NCBI GenBank assembly: GCA_963781585.1
Contig: CAWAGQ010000010.1
Span: 256,001 to 320,000, forward strand
Length of the DNA: 64,000 nucleotides
Direction: 5' to 3'
DNA from: an uncultured Gemmatimonadaceae bacterium
GTDB lineage: Bacteria; Gemmatimonadota; Gemmatimonadetes; Gemmatimonadales; Gemmatimonadaceae
Shown: positions 36,677 to 46,938 of the stretch, in pieces
Layout of the letters: each line of letters starts with the position of its first letter
Position numbering within the stretch: the first letter of the stretch is position 1
The notes under the pieces: generated by a model
Database searches by the model: none
What the model saw: the letters and a program-made list of their open reading frames with translations, nothing else
What the model was told of the DNA's origin: nothing
Program-made: the position numbers and the translations under genes

Positions 36677-38308
36677 ATGTCCACTGCGCCGTCGCTCCGA
36701 GGCGGGGCCCTTGTTGCCCTCGCCGCGATCGTCTTGCCGCTGACCTCCGCCTCCGCCCAGCGCGGCGCCGGGGCGGGGCGAGGAAGCGGCGCCCAGTCGC
36801 AGGAGGCGCAACCAGCCGACAGCGCATCGTCCAGTCGCCGGGGGAGCAGCGGTGGGGGTGCGTCGGGACGCGACATCGCCGCGCTGGCCGAAGCCCCGCC
36901 GATCACGACGCATCACACCGTGAACGTGCGCGGTCAGTCCATCGCATATACCGCGGCTGCCGGCATGCTCCCGATTCGGAACACGCAGACAGAGGCCGTC
37001 GAGGGCGGCATGTACTTTGTGGCCTACACCAGGGACGGCGCGAATCCCGCAACACGGCCCGTGACCTTCGCCTTCAACGGCGGACCCGGGTCGGCCACGG
37101 TGTGGCTCCACCTCGGCGCCTTCGGGCCCAAGCACGTGAAGCTGGAGCCTGACGGGAGCGCGCCTCCGCCTCCCTACACGTTCGAGGACAACCCGAACAC
37201 GCTGCTCGACCAGACGGACCTCGTGTTCATCGATCCCATCGGCACGGGCTACAGTCGCGCGGCCCGGCCTGACCTCGGCCAGAAGTTCTGGGGACTGGAC
37301 GAGGATATTGCTTCGGTTGGCGAGTTCATTCGCCTGTACCTCACGCGTTACGACCGGATGGGATCGCCCAAGTTCCTGGCTGGCGAGAGCTACGGCACAA
37401 CGCGCGCGGCCGGACTGTCCGGGTGGCTCGCGGATCAGGGGATCGCGCTCAATGGTGTCATCCTGCTCTCGACCGTGCTGGACTTCGAGGCCATCTCGCA
37501 GTCACGCAGCAACGACCTTGCCTTCGTGAACTTCCTGCCGACGTACACGGCGGTGGCCTGGTATCACAAGAAGCTCCCCGCCGACCTCCAGCAGATGACA
37601 CTCGAGGCTGCGACCGCGGCCGCTGAAAAGTGGGCCCTGAACGACTACGCGAACGCCTTGTTGAAGGGATCGCGCCTCACGGCCGCCGAGCGCACGGCCG
37701 CGGAGGATCAACTGGTCCGGTTCACGGGCCTGCCGCGTGACGTGGTGGTGCAGAATGATCTGCGCGTGTCGCTCGGCACGTTCAATTCGGAGCTGCTGCG
37801 CGACGAGCGGAAGTCGGTTGGCCGGCTGGACGGCCGGTTCACCGCGTTCGCGGCGCTCGCGAGCGGTCGCGGGGGCGGCGTCGGCGATCCGAGCGAGGCA
37901 GCAATTCGCAACACCTTCACTCCGGTGCTCACGGACTACAACCGCCGCGAGCTGAACTACAAGAACGACGACATCTACTATATCCTGGGCGGCGGAATCG
38001 GCCGCTGGAATTTTCCCCAGAATCAATTCGCGACGGTGGTCCCCAACCTCGAACGCGCCTTCGCCAAGAATGCGTACATGAGGTTGTTCGTGGCCGAGGG
38101 TTACTACGACGCAGCCACTCCGTATTTCAGCGTGGAGTACACGCTCGCCCACCTGTCGATCGATCCGGCCGTGCGGCAGCACAACATCACGACCGAGCGA
38201 TATGCCGCCGGCCACATGATGTACATCGACGAGCCCTCGATGAAGAAACTGCGGTCGGATCTGAACCGATTCATCAGCGCGGCGGTGTCGCAGGCGGCGA
38301 TTCCCTAG
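36677..38308 (+). CDS. S10 family serine carboxypeptidase
   Basis: FNGGPGS, FIDPIGTGYS, GESYG and AGHMMY. Confidence 0.92.
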   Translation: MSTAPSLRGGALVALAAIVLPLTSASAQRGAGAGRGSGAQSQEAQPADSASSSRRGSSGGGASGRDIAALAEAPPITTHHTVNVRGQSIAYTAAAGMLPIRNTQTEAVEGGMYFVAYTRDGANPATRPVTFAFNGGPGSATVWLHLGAFGPKHVKLEPDGSAPPPPYTFEDNPNTLLDQTDLVFIDPIGTGYSRAARPDLGQKFWGLDEDIASVGEFIRLYLTRYDRMGSPKFLAGESYGTTRAAGLSGWLADQGIALNGVILLSTVLDFEAISQSRSNDLAFVNFLPTYTAVAWYHKKLPADLQQMTLEAATAAAEKWALNDYANALLKGSRLTAAERTAAEDQLVRFTGLPRDVVVQNDLRVSLGTFNSELLRDERKSVGRLDGRFTAFAALASGRGGGVGDPSEAAIRNTFTPVLTDYNRRELNYKNDDIYYILGGGIGRWNFPQNQFATVVPNLERAFAKNAYMRLFVAEGYYDAATPYFSVEYTLAHLSIDPAVRQHNITTERYAAGHMMYIDEPSMKKLRSDLNRFISAAVSQAAIP

Positions 38309-38326
38309 ACAGCGGCCGCCGTCCCA

Positions 38327-38377
38327 GGGCCAAGGTCAAAGGTCAGAGGCCAAAGTTCAAAGGCCCAGGGCCAAAGG
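38327..38377 (+). repeat. Degenerate heptamer tandem repeat GG(C/T)CAAA
   Basis: Same unit as 5041-5104, again just downstream of a stop codon. Confidence 0.8.
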
Positions 38378-38482
38378 CTGCAGGCGCGCGGCAGTCCATC
38401 ATTTTCGCGTGCTCACGCGTAGCACCACGAGCGTCGCCGCGTCGCGCTCGCGCGTTCAGTGTCACCTCCATCCCAATACCCG

Positions 38483-41400
38483 ATGCGCTCCCCTCGCGTT
38501 CTGACTTGCCTGCTCACGGTGTCATTCTGTGCGCTTTCCGCGTCCCGGGTGGAGGCCCAGGCTCCGGATGCCGCGACCATCGGATCGTTCACCTGGCGTT
38601 CGATCGGACCCGTGAACATGGCGGGCCGGATCACGGACGTCGAAGGCGACCCGCACAACCCCAAGGTCTTCTACGTCGCCGGTGCCACGGGCGGCATCTG
38701 GAAGACCGTGAACGCGGGGACGACGTTCGCGCCGCTGTGGAACGATGAGCCGATCGCCTCGATGGGCGATATCGCGATCGCGCCCAGCAACCCGAGGATC
38801 ATCTGGGCGGGGACGGGTGAGTCGAACTCGCGCAATTCCGCGGCCCCGGGCTTCGGGGTCTACAAGTCCGTGGACGGCGGCGTGACGTGGCAGTCGATGG
38901 GACTCGAAAAAGCGCAGCACATCGGCCGCATCGTCATCAACCCCACGAACCCGGACATCGTCTACGTCGCAGCGCTGGGCGCGTTGTGGTCGTCCAACCC
39001 CGAGCGCGGTCTCTACAAGACCACCGACGGCGGGCGCACGTGGAAGAACCAGAAATTCATCAGTGACAAGGCGGGATTCGTGGACATCGCGATGGACCCG
39101 CGCAATCCGAACGTGCTGTTCGCCGCCAGCTGGGAGCGCGTGCGCGGGCCCTACTTCCTGAAGAGCGGAGGGCCGGGCTCCGGTCTCTGGAAGACCACCG
39201 ATGGCGGGAACACCTGGACGGAAGTGAAGGGCGGCGGATTCCCGGGGACACCGAAGGGGCGCATCAACGTCGTGCTTGCGCCGAGCAATCCGGACATCGT
39301 CTACGCCATGGTGGAGGCCGATAGCGTCCGCGGGCAGAAGCCGCAGCGACTGCTCTCGGGTGTGTATCGCTCGACCGATGGCGGGCGCACCTGGAAGTGG
39401 ATGAGCACTACCGACAATCGGCCGTTCTACTTCTCGCAGATCCGCGTGGATCCGAAGAACCCGAATCGCATTTATCGGTTGGCGGTGGACTTCCAGTTCT
39501 CCGACGACGGTGGGTACTCGTGGCGGGCCGGCATGCTCGGGAATCACGAGGACTACCACGCGCTGTGGATCGACCCGAACGACCCCGAGCACTACATCAT
39601 CGGCGGCGACGCCGGAATCTTCCAGACCTGGGACAAGGGCGGTACCTACGACGCCGTCAACAACATGCCGATGGGACAGTTCTACGGCGTGAGCTACGAT
39701 TTCCAGGTCCCGTATCGCGTCTGCGGCGGGCTTCAGGACAACGGGAGCTCGTGCGGCATCAGCCGGCGGCGCAACGGACAACTCCAGATGACTGACTGGT
39801 TCGCGACCAACGCAGCCGACGGACTGCAGACGGCGCAGGACCCGCTCGATCCGAACATCGTCTACTACGAAGCGCAGGGGGGCAACCTGATTCGCCGCAA
39901 CCTGGCAACCGGTCAGGTGGCGAACCTGCGGCCACGCACGGTCACGATGAACAGCTTCGTGGGCCAGATGGCGCAGATCCGCGGCGACGGCAGCAAGCCA
40001 CTCACCGCCGACCAGGAGCGACAGATCGCCGATATTCGCACACGCATGCAGCGCGAACTGTCGGACCCGAACGTCGCGACCCGGTGGAACTGGAACACGC
40101 CCTTCATCCTCTCGGAGCACGATCCGAACGTGTTCTACAGCGGCGCCGACAAACTCTTCAAGTCGGTGAAGAAGGGCGAGGATCCGGTGGCCATCTCGCC
40201 GGACCTCACGGCCCATGACCCGACCTGGTTGCGCGTTGCCGAAGGGTTCAACCCGGACGGTACCCCTGCGGCCGACGCCTCAGGCGGCATCACGCGTGAT
40301 GCCACCGGGGCCGAGGAGAACGCCACGATCGTGAACATCGAAGAGTCGCCGATCCGCGCCGGACTGCTCTACGTCGGCACCGACGACGGCAAGCTCTGGC
40401 TCACGCGGAACGACGGCGGCGCCTGGGAGGATCTGAGCGGCCGGTGCCCGGGGGTCCCGGCGATGACCTACGTGAGCAAGATCGATGCATCGGCGGCGGA
40501 CTCGGCCACCGTCTACGTGGCGTTCGACAACCATCGCGTGAACGACTTCAAGCCCTACCTTTGCGCGTCCAACGATTTCGGGAAGACATTCCACTCGATC
40601 GCCTCGAACCTGCCCACGGACGGCCCCAATTCCGTCTACGCGGTTCGCGAAGATCCGGTCAATCCGAACCTGCTGTACGCCGGGACCGAGATCGGCGTGT
40701 TCGCGTCGCTCAACAAGGGCGGGAGCTGGTTCCGGATCAACAACAATCTCCCCACCGTGCCGGTGTACGACCTCAAGATTCATCCACGCGACCGTGAGCT
40801 GATCGCGGGGACGCACGGCCGGGCGATCTGGATCCTGGACGTCAATCCCCTCCAGCAACTGACCAGCGACGTGCTGGCGAAGTCGGCGTACCTGTTCGAG
40901 CCGACAGTCGCCTTCGACTACGCGCAGATGCTCCCCGGCTCCGAGCCGCGGGCCCAGCGCCCGTGGCGCGTGGACGGCGGGCCGGACGGCGCCGACATCG
41001 CTTATCGGCTGACAGCGCCGGCGGCAACCCCGCCCCGCGTGCTGATCGTGAACGCCGCCGGCGACACCGTGGCGCGCCTAACGAGCGAAGGCAAAGCGGG
41101 CGTGCATCACGTCAGCTGGAATTTCTTCATGACCACCAGCGACCAGCCGATCGCGTTCGGCAGAGGTGGCGGTGGCGGTCGCGGCGGCCGGTTCGGAGGA
41201 CAGGGAAGCGACACCGTGAGCGTTCCCGGGTTCCCCAGGGGATTCAATCCCAGGCCGGCGGAGTCGAGCGCCTCACCGGATTCGTCCGCCAGCCCGACCG
41301 CGCAGGCACGCGAGTTGGCGGCCGGAGGCGCTGGACGCGGTGGGCGCGGTGGACGTGGCGGTGGTGGGAGGGGATTTGGCCGGGGCAGTATTCAGACGGC

Positions 41401-41521
41401 GTCTACCGGCGACTACCGCGTGGTCCTCGACGTGGGAGGCCAGAAGCTGACGCAGGTCCTGCGCGTGGTGCAGGTGCGACCGGGCGAAGTGAGCGTAATG
41501 GCGCCCGGAGGCGGCAGGTAG
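38483..41521 (+). CDS. Secreted VPS10/sortilin-like BNR-repeat beta-propeller protein
   Basis: WRSIGPVNMAGRI, many SxDGGxTW Asp-boxes, GGLQDNGS, RWNWNTP and GTHGR. Confidence 0.9.
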   Translation: MRSPRVLTCLLTVSFCALSASRVEAQAPDAATIGSFTWRSIGPVNMAGRITDVEGDPHNPKVFYVAGATGGIWKTVNAGTTFAPLWNDEPIASMGDIAIAPSNPRIIWAGTGESNSRNSAAPGFGVYKSVDGGVTWQSMGLEKAQHIGRIVINPTNPDIVYVAALGALWSSNPERGLYKTTDGGRTWKNQKFISDKAGFVDIAMDPRNPNVLFAASWERVRGPYFLKSGGPGSGLWKTTDGGNTWTEVKGGGFPGTPKGRINVVLAPSNPDIVYAMVEADSVRGQKPQRLLSGVYRSTDGGRTWKWMSTTDNRPFYFSQIRVDPKNPNRIYRLAVDFQFSDDGGYSWRAGMLGNHEDYHALWIDPNDPEHYIIGGDAGIFQTWDKGGTYDAVNNMPMGQFYGVSYDFQVPYRVCGGLQDNGSSCGISRRRNGQLQMTDWFATNAADGLQTAQDPLDPNIVYYEAQGGNLIRRNLATGQVANLRPRTVTMNSFVGQMAQIRGDGSKPLTADQERQIADIRTRMQRELSDPNVATRWNWNTPFILSEHDPNVFYSGADKLFKSVKKGEDPVAISPDLTAHDPTWLRVAEGFNPDGTPAADASGGITRDATGAEENATIVNIEESPIRAGLLYVGTDDGKLWLTRNDGGAWEDLSGRCPGVPAMTYVSKIDASAADSATVYVAFDNHRVNDFKPYLCASNDFGKTFHSIASNLPTDGPNSVYAVREDPVNPNLLYAGTEIGVFASLNKGGSWFRINNNLPTVPVYDLKIHPRDRELIAGTHGRAIWILDVNPLQQLTSDVLAKSAYLFEPTVAFDYAQMLPGSEPRAQRPWRVDGGPDGADIAYRLTAPAATPPRVLIVNAAGDTVARLTSEGKAGVHHVSWNFFMTTSDQPIAFGRGGGGGRGGRFGGQGSDTVSVPGFPRGFNPRPAESSASPDSSASPTAQARELAAGGAGRGGRGGRGGGGRGFGRGSIQTASTGDYRVVLDVGGQKLTQVLRVVQVRPGEVSVMAPGGGR

Positions 41522-41547
41522 AGACGGGGCGACCTGCGGGATGAACG

Positions 41548-41580
41548 AAGAGGCCCCGACGCGAAGTCGGGGCCTCTTTT
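41548..41580. terminator. Intrinsic terminator, probably bidirectional
   Basis: AAGAGGCCCCGAC-GCGAA-GTCGGGGCCTCTT-TT between convergent genes. Confidence 0.85.
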
Positions 41581-41597
41581 GCGAACGGCTTGCCGGC

Positions 41598-42275
41598 CTA
41601 GCCTCCGGTCGACGCCAGATCGTAGACGCGTCGGTTGTTGATCGTGCGCCGCATAGGCTTGCTCTCGAACCGTACGTCGACCAACAGGATCTTCGGGTCC
41701 TTCTTGTCCAGGTGGTACGTCTCCTTGATCGTGGTGCCGGTGGCTACAAGACGCTCGATGGTGAGCTCGTCCTTCTTCCATGACGCCTTCACCGACTTCA
41801 CGACCTGTCCGTCCAGGGTACTGTCGGCGATCACCCGACCATCGGTGTAGACCATCAGTGAAGCGCCCCGTCCGCCGACCGTCACGGTCGAGTCGGTCTG
41901 CTGTATCTCCAGGGAGCGCGGTTGCTGCGTGGCCTCGCGCATGGCACGCATGGCCTCTCGGTCGGCACCGCCGCCGCCACCCCCGCCGAACCCGCCGCCC
42001 GCGTCTGCGCCCCCACCGCTCGACGATCCGCCTCCCCGTGAGCCGCCGCCTCGACTCCCCATCCCCGTCTTGGTGGTGGCGCCCGTTGCGTCCGGCCGGC
42101 TCAGGTCGCGGTCACGCTGCGGATCGTACTTCTCGCTCTTGTTCTCATTGAGCTGCCACTTGCCGGCGATGGCCGGGTGCGCCTCCTGGACGCGAACGAC
42201 ATCGGTTCTGGGGGTCCAGGCGATGGCGCCGGCGGCTGCGATCGCCACCAATGCTGCGCGAAGTGCGGGTCTCAT
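41598..42275 (-). CDS. Secreted beta-barrel-like hypothetical protein with a Gly-rich insert
   Basis: GGAGG RBS, signal peptide, AGKWQLNENKS and RRVYD. Confidence 0.7.
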   Translation of the reverse strand: MRPALRAALVAIAAAGAIAWTPRTDVVRVQEAHPAIAGKWQLNENKSEKYDPQRDRDLSRPDATGATTKTGMGSRGGGSRGGGSSSGGGADAGGGFGGGGGGGADREAMRAMREATQQPRSLEIQQTDSTVTVGGRGASLMVYTDGRVIADSTLDGQVVKSVKASWKKDELTIERLVATGTTIKETYHLDKKDPKILLVDVRFESKPMRRTINNRRVYDLASTGG

Positions 42276-42600
42276 ATTCGTGTTGCCTCCCGATCGAGGC
42301 CGAAGCAATGTAGTGAATCCTATGCGCGCCGTGAGGCGACGCGGTGAACAGAAGTGCCGAAGCCGGCAGCGTGCCGTCCTGGTACCGCGTGGCCAGCGCA
42401 GCCGTTCCAGGCACCCGACAAAGAACGCACGATGCTCCGCGGATGCTGAAAGGGCGACCGGCGGGAGGACCCGGAAAGCCGCCTCCGGGCTTGAGGCCGA
42501 GGACGCGATACATGTACCGCGACGCCGCCCGGCGGCCCAGGCGGGGAACGCCTCGGCTCGCCTCCTTCATCCCAACCAGTCATCGAAGTCGAGGGTCGTC

Positions 42601-42753
42601 ATGATTCGCAAGCTGGCTTCTGGAAAGTACCGCCTGTATTCCCGGAAGAAGAATCCACGCACGGGGAAGCGCAGAAACCTCGGCACCTTCTCCACGAGGG
42701 CAGCCGCCGCGCGTCACGAGCGCCAGGTGCAGTTCTTCAAGCGCCGCGGCTGA
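42601..42753 (+). CDS. Small basic hypothetical protein (50 aa)
   Basis: GAGG RBS. MIRKLASGKYRLYSRKKNPRTGKRRNLGTFSTRAAAARHERQVQFFKRRG. Confidence 0.75.
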   Translation: MIRKLASGKYRLYSRKKNPRTGKRRNLGTFSTRAAAARHERQVQFFKRRG

Positions 42754-43026
42754 TCCCTCTCTCGCGCGAGCAGCGGACCGTCGTCGCCGCCTTCGATCGG
42801 TCACCCGCGTTAGGCATCGGGGACGTGGCGGCGGCAGGTGGTCAGGCGCTGGGTTGCTTCGCGCCAGGGCGCTTTTCGACCACGGATGGCACCCCAGCCG
42901 CGGTCGACGCGCTCGCGCCGCCATCGCCCACTGGACATCGGTGACGACGTTCCGAACTATTATTGGAGTCTGTCCGTCGCGTCCGTGTCGCATTGAACCG
43001 CTCATCCCTATCCGGGACCGATCACC

Positions 43027-44604
43027 ATGTCACGCAAGAAGGTCACTCGCCGGGACTTCGTCGCCGATTCGGCCAAGCTGGCTCTGGGCGCCGCGATCGC
43101 CCCGAAGGGCTTCCCGACCATCGTTCCCCGTCATGTGCTCGGCGGCCCCGGCTACCGGGCGCCGAGCGACACGCTCCACTTCGCCTCGGTGGGGATCGGC
43201 GGGATGGGAATGAACAACCTGGAGCAGCTCCTGGACTCCGGCGAGCAATGTGTCGCCATCTGCGACGTCGACTTCGGGTATGTCGAACGCTCGCTGAACG
43301 GCAAGTTGCGACCCGGGCGTGACGGCAAGGTGTCGGAGAGCGCCGTGCGGCTCAAGGATGCATACCTGAAGGCCACGAAGTACGCCGACTTCCGGGAGAT
43401 GCTCGAGAAGCAGCCGGACATCGACGCGATCGTGGTCGCCACACCCGATAACCTCCATGCCGTCATCGCCAACACGGCCATGCAGGCGGGGAAGCACGTC
43501 TACGTGCAGAAGCCGCTGACATATTCAGTGCATGAGGCGCGAACGCTGGCGCAAACGGCGAAGGAGAAGGGCGTCGTAACGCAGATGGGCAACCAGGGAC
43601 ACTCGCGCGAAGGGACTCGGCGCATCAACGAGTGGATCGCGGCCGGCGTCATCGGGCCGGTGCGCGAAGTGCACGTGTGGACGGATCGACCCCAGCGCTA
43701 CTGGGCCCAGGGCATCCCCGGCCCGAGCCAGATCCCGCAGCCGAACCAGCAGGCTCCGCGCCCGCAGGCTTCGTCCCAGCAGCCGGTCGATTTCTTCAAG
43801 ACGCCCCCCGCGCCTCCGGGGTGGAACCAGCGCACGGTGGACCGCGCGATCCTGAAGCAGATGGCGGCCGACCCGATGACGCCACCGAACGGGCTGCACT
43901 GGGATCTCTTCCTGGGCGGTGCCAAGGAGCTGGCGTATCACCCGGCATACCACCCGTTCAGCTGGCGAGGCTGGGTCCCCTTTGGCGTGAGCGCCATTGG
44001 CGACATGGGGGCCCACCTGCTGGATCAGCCCTATTGGGCCCTGGGTCTCACCTTTCCCACGAGCGTGATCTCCACGTCCACCCCGTGGGGAGGCCCGGCG
44101 AGCGACCCCGTGTCGTATCCGCTTGCCATGACCACGCGATACGAGTTCCCCGAGCGCAACGGCCAGCCGCCCGTAACGATGCAATGGTACGATGGTGGTC
44201 TCATTCCGATGCTCGAACGCGAGTTCGAGTTGCCGGGGGGCGACGGCGGCGGTGGGGTGTTCGTGGGCGAGAAGGGGCTGCTGACCTACGAGACCTACGG
44301 CGACAATCCGAAGATCTTCCCCGCGTCGCTCGCGGCTGAGGCTGAGCAGGTGCCGAAGACGTTCCCGCGTGTCACGACGTCGCACGAGGTCAATTGGGCG
44401 CAGGCGTGCAAGGGCGAAACCACCGCCAGCTCGCCATTCGAGTACGCCGCGCGTCTCACGGAGGTGATGCTGCTTGGCGTCTTGGCGCTGCGCGCCGGCC
44501 GCGGCAAGCAGATCCTGTACGATGGCGACGCGATGAAGGTCACCAACATCGCCGACGCGAATCAGTATCTCACCCGCAACTATCGCACGGGGTGGGAAGT
44601 GTAG
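43027..44604 (+). CDS. Tat-exported Gfo/Idh/MocA oxidoreductase
   Basis: [28 protein letters not shown] and GDMGAH. Confidence 0.92.
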   Translation: MSRKKVTRRDFVADSAKLALGAAIAPKGFPTIVPRHVLGGPGYRAPSDTLHFASVGIGGMGMNNLEQLLDSGEQCVAICDVDFGYVERSLNGKLRPGRDGKVSESAVRLKDAYLKATKYADFREMLEKQPDIDAIVVATPDNLHAVIANTAMQAGKHVYVQKPLTYSVHEARTLAQTAKEKGVVTQMGNQGHSREGTRRINEWIAAGVIGPVREVHVWTDRPQRYWAQGIPGPSQIPQPNQQAPRPQASSQQPVDFFKTPPAPPGWNQRTVDRAILKQMAADPMTPPNGLHWDLFLGGAKELAYHPAYHPFSWRGWVPFGVSAIGDMGAHLLDQPYWALGLTFPTSVISTSTPWGGPASDPVSYPLAMTTRYEFPERNGQPPVTMQWYDGGLIPMLEREFELPGGDGGGGVFVGEKGLLTYETYGDNPKIFPASLAAEAEQVPKTFPRVTTSHEVNWAQACKGETTASSPFEYAARLTEVMLLGVLALRAGRGKQILYDGDAMKVTNIADANQYLTRNYRTGWEV

Positions 44605-44677
44605 GGATCAGCTATCGGTGGGCAGCGATCAGCTTTCAGCGAACAGCGATCGGCTGTCGGCTGTCAGTTGTGGGCGG
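44605..44677 (+). repeat. Degenerate heptamer repeat (GCTDTCR-like)
   Basis: gctatcg, gcgatca, gctttca, gcgaaca, gcgatcg, gctgtcg, gctgtca units after the stop codon. Confidence 0.65.
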
Positions 44678-44733
44678 TGAGCCGACGGCTCTCCGCGGGG
44701 AGTTGGCGTCTGCGCACCAGTTGGACACAACGC

Positions 44734-45099
44734 ATGGTCGATTCCGGCATCGACAACGGCGCGGTGGAGGGCCTGGGGGAATTCCTCAAGCACCGTGCGC
44801 GACGCGCGTCTGACCGCCGCCTGGCCGCTGACACCGCGGTGGGAGTGATTGTCGCTGCCGGCGCATTGATCTGGCGGCCAGCGGGGTGGGCGCAGCTGGT
44901 GCTGGCAGCCGTGTGCATCGGCGCGTTCGGAACCTGGGGGATCGTCGATCGCGAGCTGCTTGAGCGGGCGGTCACGTCAGGCACCTCGTCTCGCTCGCTG
45001 CGATTCGGGCGAGGCGCCGCCGCTGCCGTCGGCGGGACCGCGGCCCTGATGTTGCTACTGAGCCTGTTCGCACTTGCCGTGGGCACCTGGAAGAGCTGA
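44734..45099 (+). CDS. Hypothetical membrane protein
   Basis: Three hydrophobic segments, ends GTWKS. Confidence 0.6.
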   Translation: MVDSGIDNGAVEGLGEFLKHRARRASDRRLAADTAVGVIVAAGALIWRPAGWAQLVLAAVCIGAFGTWGIVDRELLERAVTSGTSSRSLRFGRGAAAAVGGTAALMLLLSLFALAVGTWKS

Positions 45100-45185
45100 G
45101 TCGGCGAGCGCGCCGCGCTGGCGCTCCGGGCTGCTCTGCCGTAGATAGATCCGCCCCCCAGTCCGCCGCACTACGGAGGATCCCG

Positions 45186-46835
45186 ATGCACGGCAGAACG
45201 GTCTCAGCGCGTCTCGCTCTCGTTATTGCTACTGCGTTCGCCTCGCTCATCGGCCGGGCGCCTCTGCGCGCACAGGACGTCGACGCGAAGCCGGCGCCGA
45301 ACCGGGCCGAAGGGGAGGGGCCGTTCGACCGGCTCATTATCCGCGGCGCGACACTGATCGACGGCACCGGCGGACCACCACGCGGTCCGGTGGATATCGT
45401 CGTCGAGAAGAACCGCATCGTCCAGATCGCGAGCGTCGGCTTCCCGAACGAGCCGATCGATCCCGCCCGCCGTCCCAAGGGAGCGACGCGAGAGATCGAC
45501 GCGACCGGGATGTATGTGCTGCCGGGATTCGTCGACATGCACGTGCATACGTGCGGCGTTCCCAAGGCGCCCGAAGCGGAGTACTGCTACAAGCTCTGGA
45601 TGGCGCACGGGGTCACGACCGTGCGCGGCGTTCCGTTCGGCGGATTCGAATGGTCGCTGAACGAGGCTAGACGCGCGAACGCGAACGAGATCACCGCGCC
45701 GCGCATGTGGAATTACCAGCGAATCGGGACCGGGAAGGGGTGGACGGGAGGACCGATCGTGACGCCGGAGCAGGCGCGCGGCTGGGTGCGGTGGGCGAAG
45801 GAGCAGGGGATCGATGGCCTGAAGCTCGACTCGCATCCACCAGACATCATGGCGGCGGTGCTCGACGAGGCGAAGAAACTCAACCTGGGATCGGTGGCGC
45901 ATCTGTCGCAGACCGGCGTGGCGCAGATGAACGCGATCGACGCCGCGCGGCTCGGCCTGCAGACGGTGACGCATTACTACGGCGTGTTCGAATCGATCTA
46001 CGACAGCGCCGACGTGCAGCCGTACCCGGCCGAATACAACTACAACGACGAGGAATGGCGATTCGGACAGGTGGCGCGCCAATGGAATCTCGTCACGCCG
46101 CACAGCGAGAAGTGGGAAGCGTTTCTCAAGGAGATGAAGGCGCTCGATGTGACGATGGACCCGACGATGGCGATCTACATGGCCGGTCGCGACCTGATGC
46201 GGATGCGCAACGCGGACTGGGTGGAGAAGTACACGCTGCCGTCGCTGTGGGACTTCTACACGCCGAACCGGGGAAACCACGGCGCCTACTTCTACAACTG
46301 GACCACCTGGGACGAAGTGGCCTGGCGCAACTTCTACAAGGTCTGGATGCAGCTCATCAAGGAGTACAAGGACATGGGCGGGCGGGTGACGGTGGGCACC
46401 GACGCCGGCTTCATCTATGAAACCTATGGGTTCACGTACGTGCAGGAGCTGGAGAACCTCCAGGAGGCCGGCCTGCATCCGCTCGAAGTGATCCGCTCGG
46501 CCACCATGTACGGTGCGCAGACGCTCTACAAGCCGTCCGGCAGACCGCCGGAGATCGGGGTGGTACGTGCGGGGATGCTGGCCGACCTGGTCGTGGTGCC
46601 CGAGAATCCGATTGCCAATCTGAAGACGCTGTACGGCACCGGCTTCGTGCGGCTGAACGAGAAGACGGGGAAAGTGGAACGGGTCGGTGGGGTGAAGTAC
46701 ACCATCAAGGACGGGATCGTCTACGACGCGAAGAAGTTGCTCGACGACGTGGCGAAGATGGTGGAAAAGCAGAAGAGGGAGCGGGGGATCACGAAGCTTC
46801 CGATCGCGAGCTTCCAGCCCGACGAAAGACCATGA
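45186..46835 (+). CDS. Secreted amidohydrolase
   Basis: VLPGFVDMHVH, VGTDAG and GMLADLVVV. GGAGG RBS. Confidence 0.88.
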   Translation: MHGRTVSARLALVIATAFASLIGRAPLRAQDVDAKPAPNRAEGEGPFDRLIIRGATLIDGTGGPPRGPVDIVVEKNRIVQIASVGFPNEPIDPARRPKGATREIDATGMYVLPGFVDMHVHTCGVPKAPEAEYCYKLWMAHGVTTVRGVPFGGFEWSLNEARRANANEITAPRMWNYQRIGTGKGWTGGPIVTPEQARGWVRWAKEQGIDGLKLDSHPPDIMAAVLDEAKKLNLGSVAHLSQTGVAQMNAIDAARLGLQTVTHYYGVFESIYDSADVQPYPAEYNYNDEEWRFGQVARQWNLVTPHSEKWEAFLKEMKALDVTMDPTMAIYMAGRDLMRMRNADWVEKYTLPSLWDFYTPNRGNHGAYFYNWTTWDEVAWRNFYKVWMQLIKEYKDMGGRVTVGTDAGFIYETYGFTYVQELENLQEAGLHPLEVIRSATMYGAQTLYKPSGRPPEIGVVRAGMLADLVVVPENPIANLKTLYGTGFVRLNEKTGKVERVGGVKYTIKDGIVYDAKKLLDDVAKMVEKQKRERGITKLPIASFQPDERP

Positions 46836-46938
46836 GCCGAGGGCATGGACCTTCGGTCAGTGGAATGACTGCGGCGTCTCGGTACGCCAGAGGTCCCGCG
46901 CCGGTGCTCGGGACACCGAACGCGAACGCCTCGCCGGC

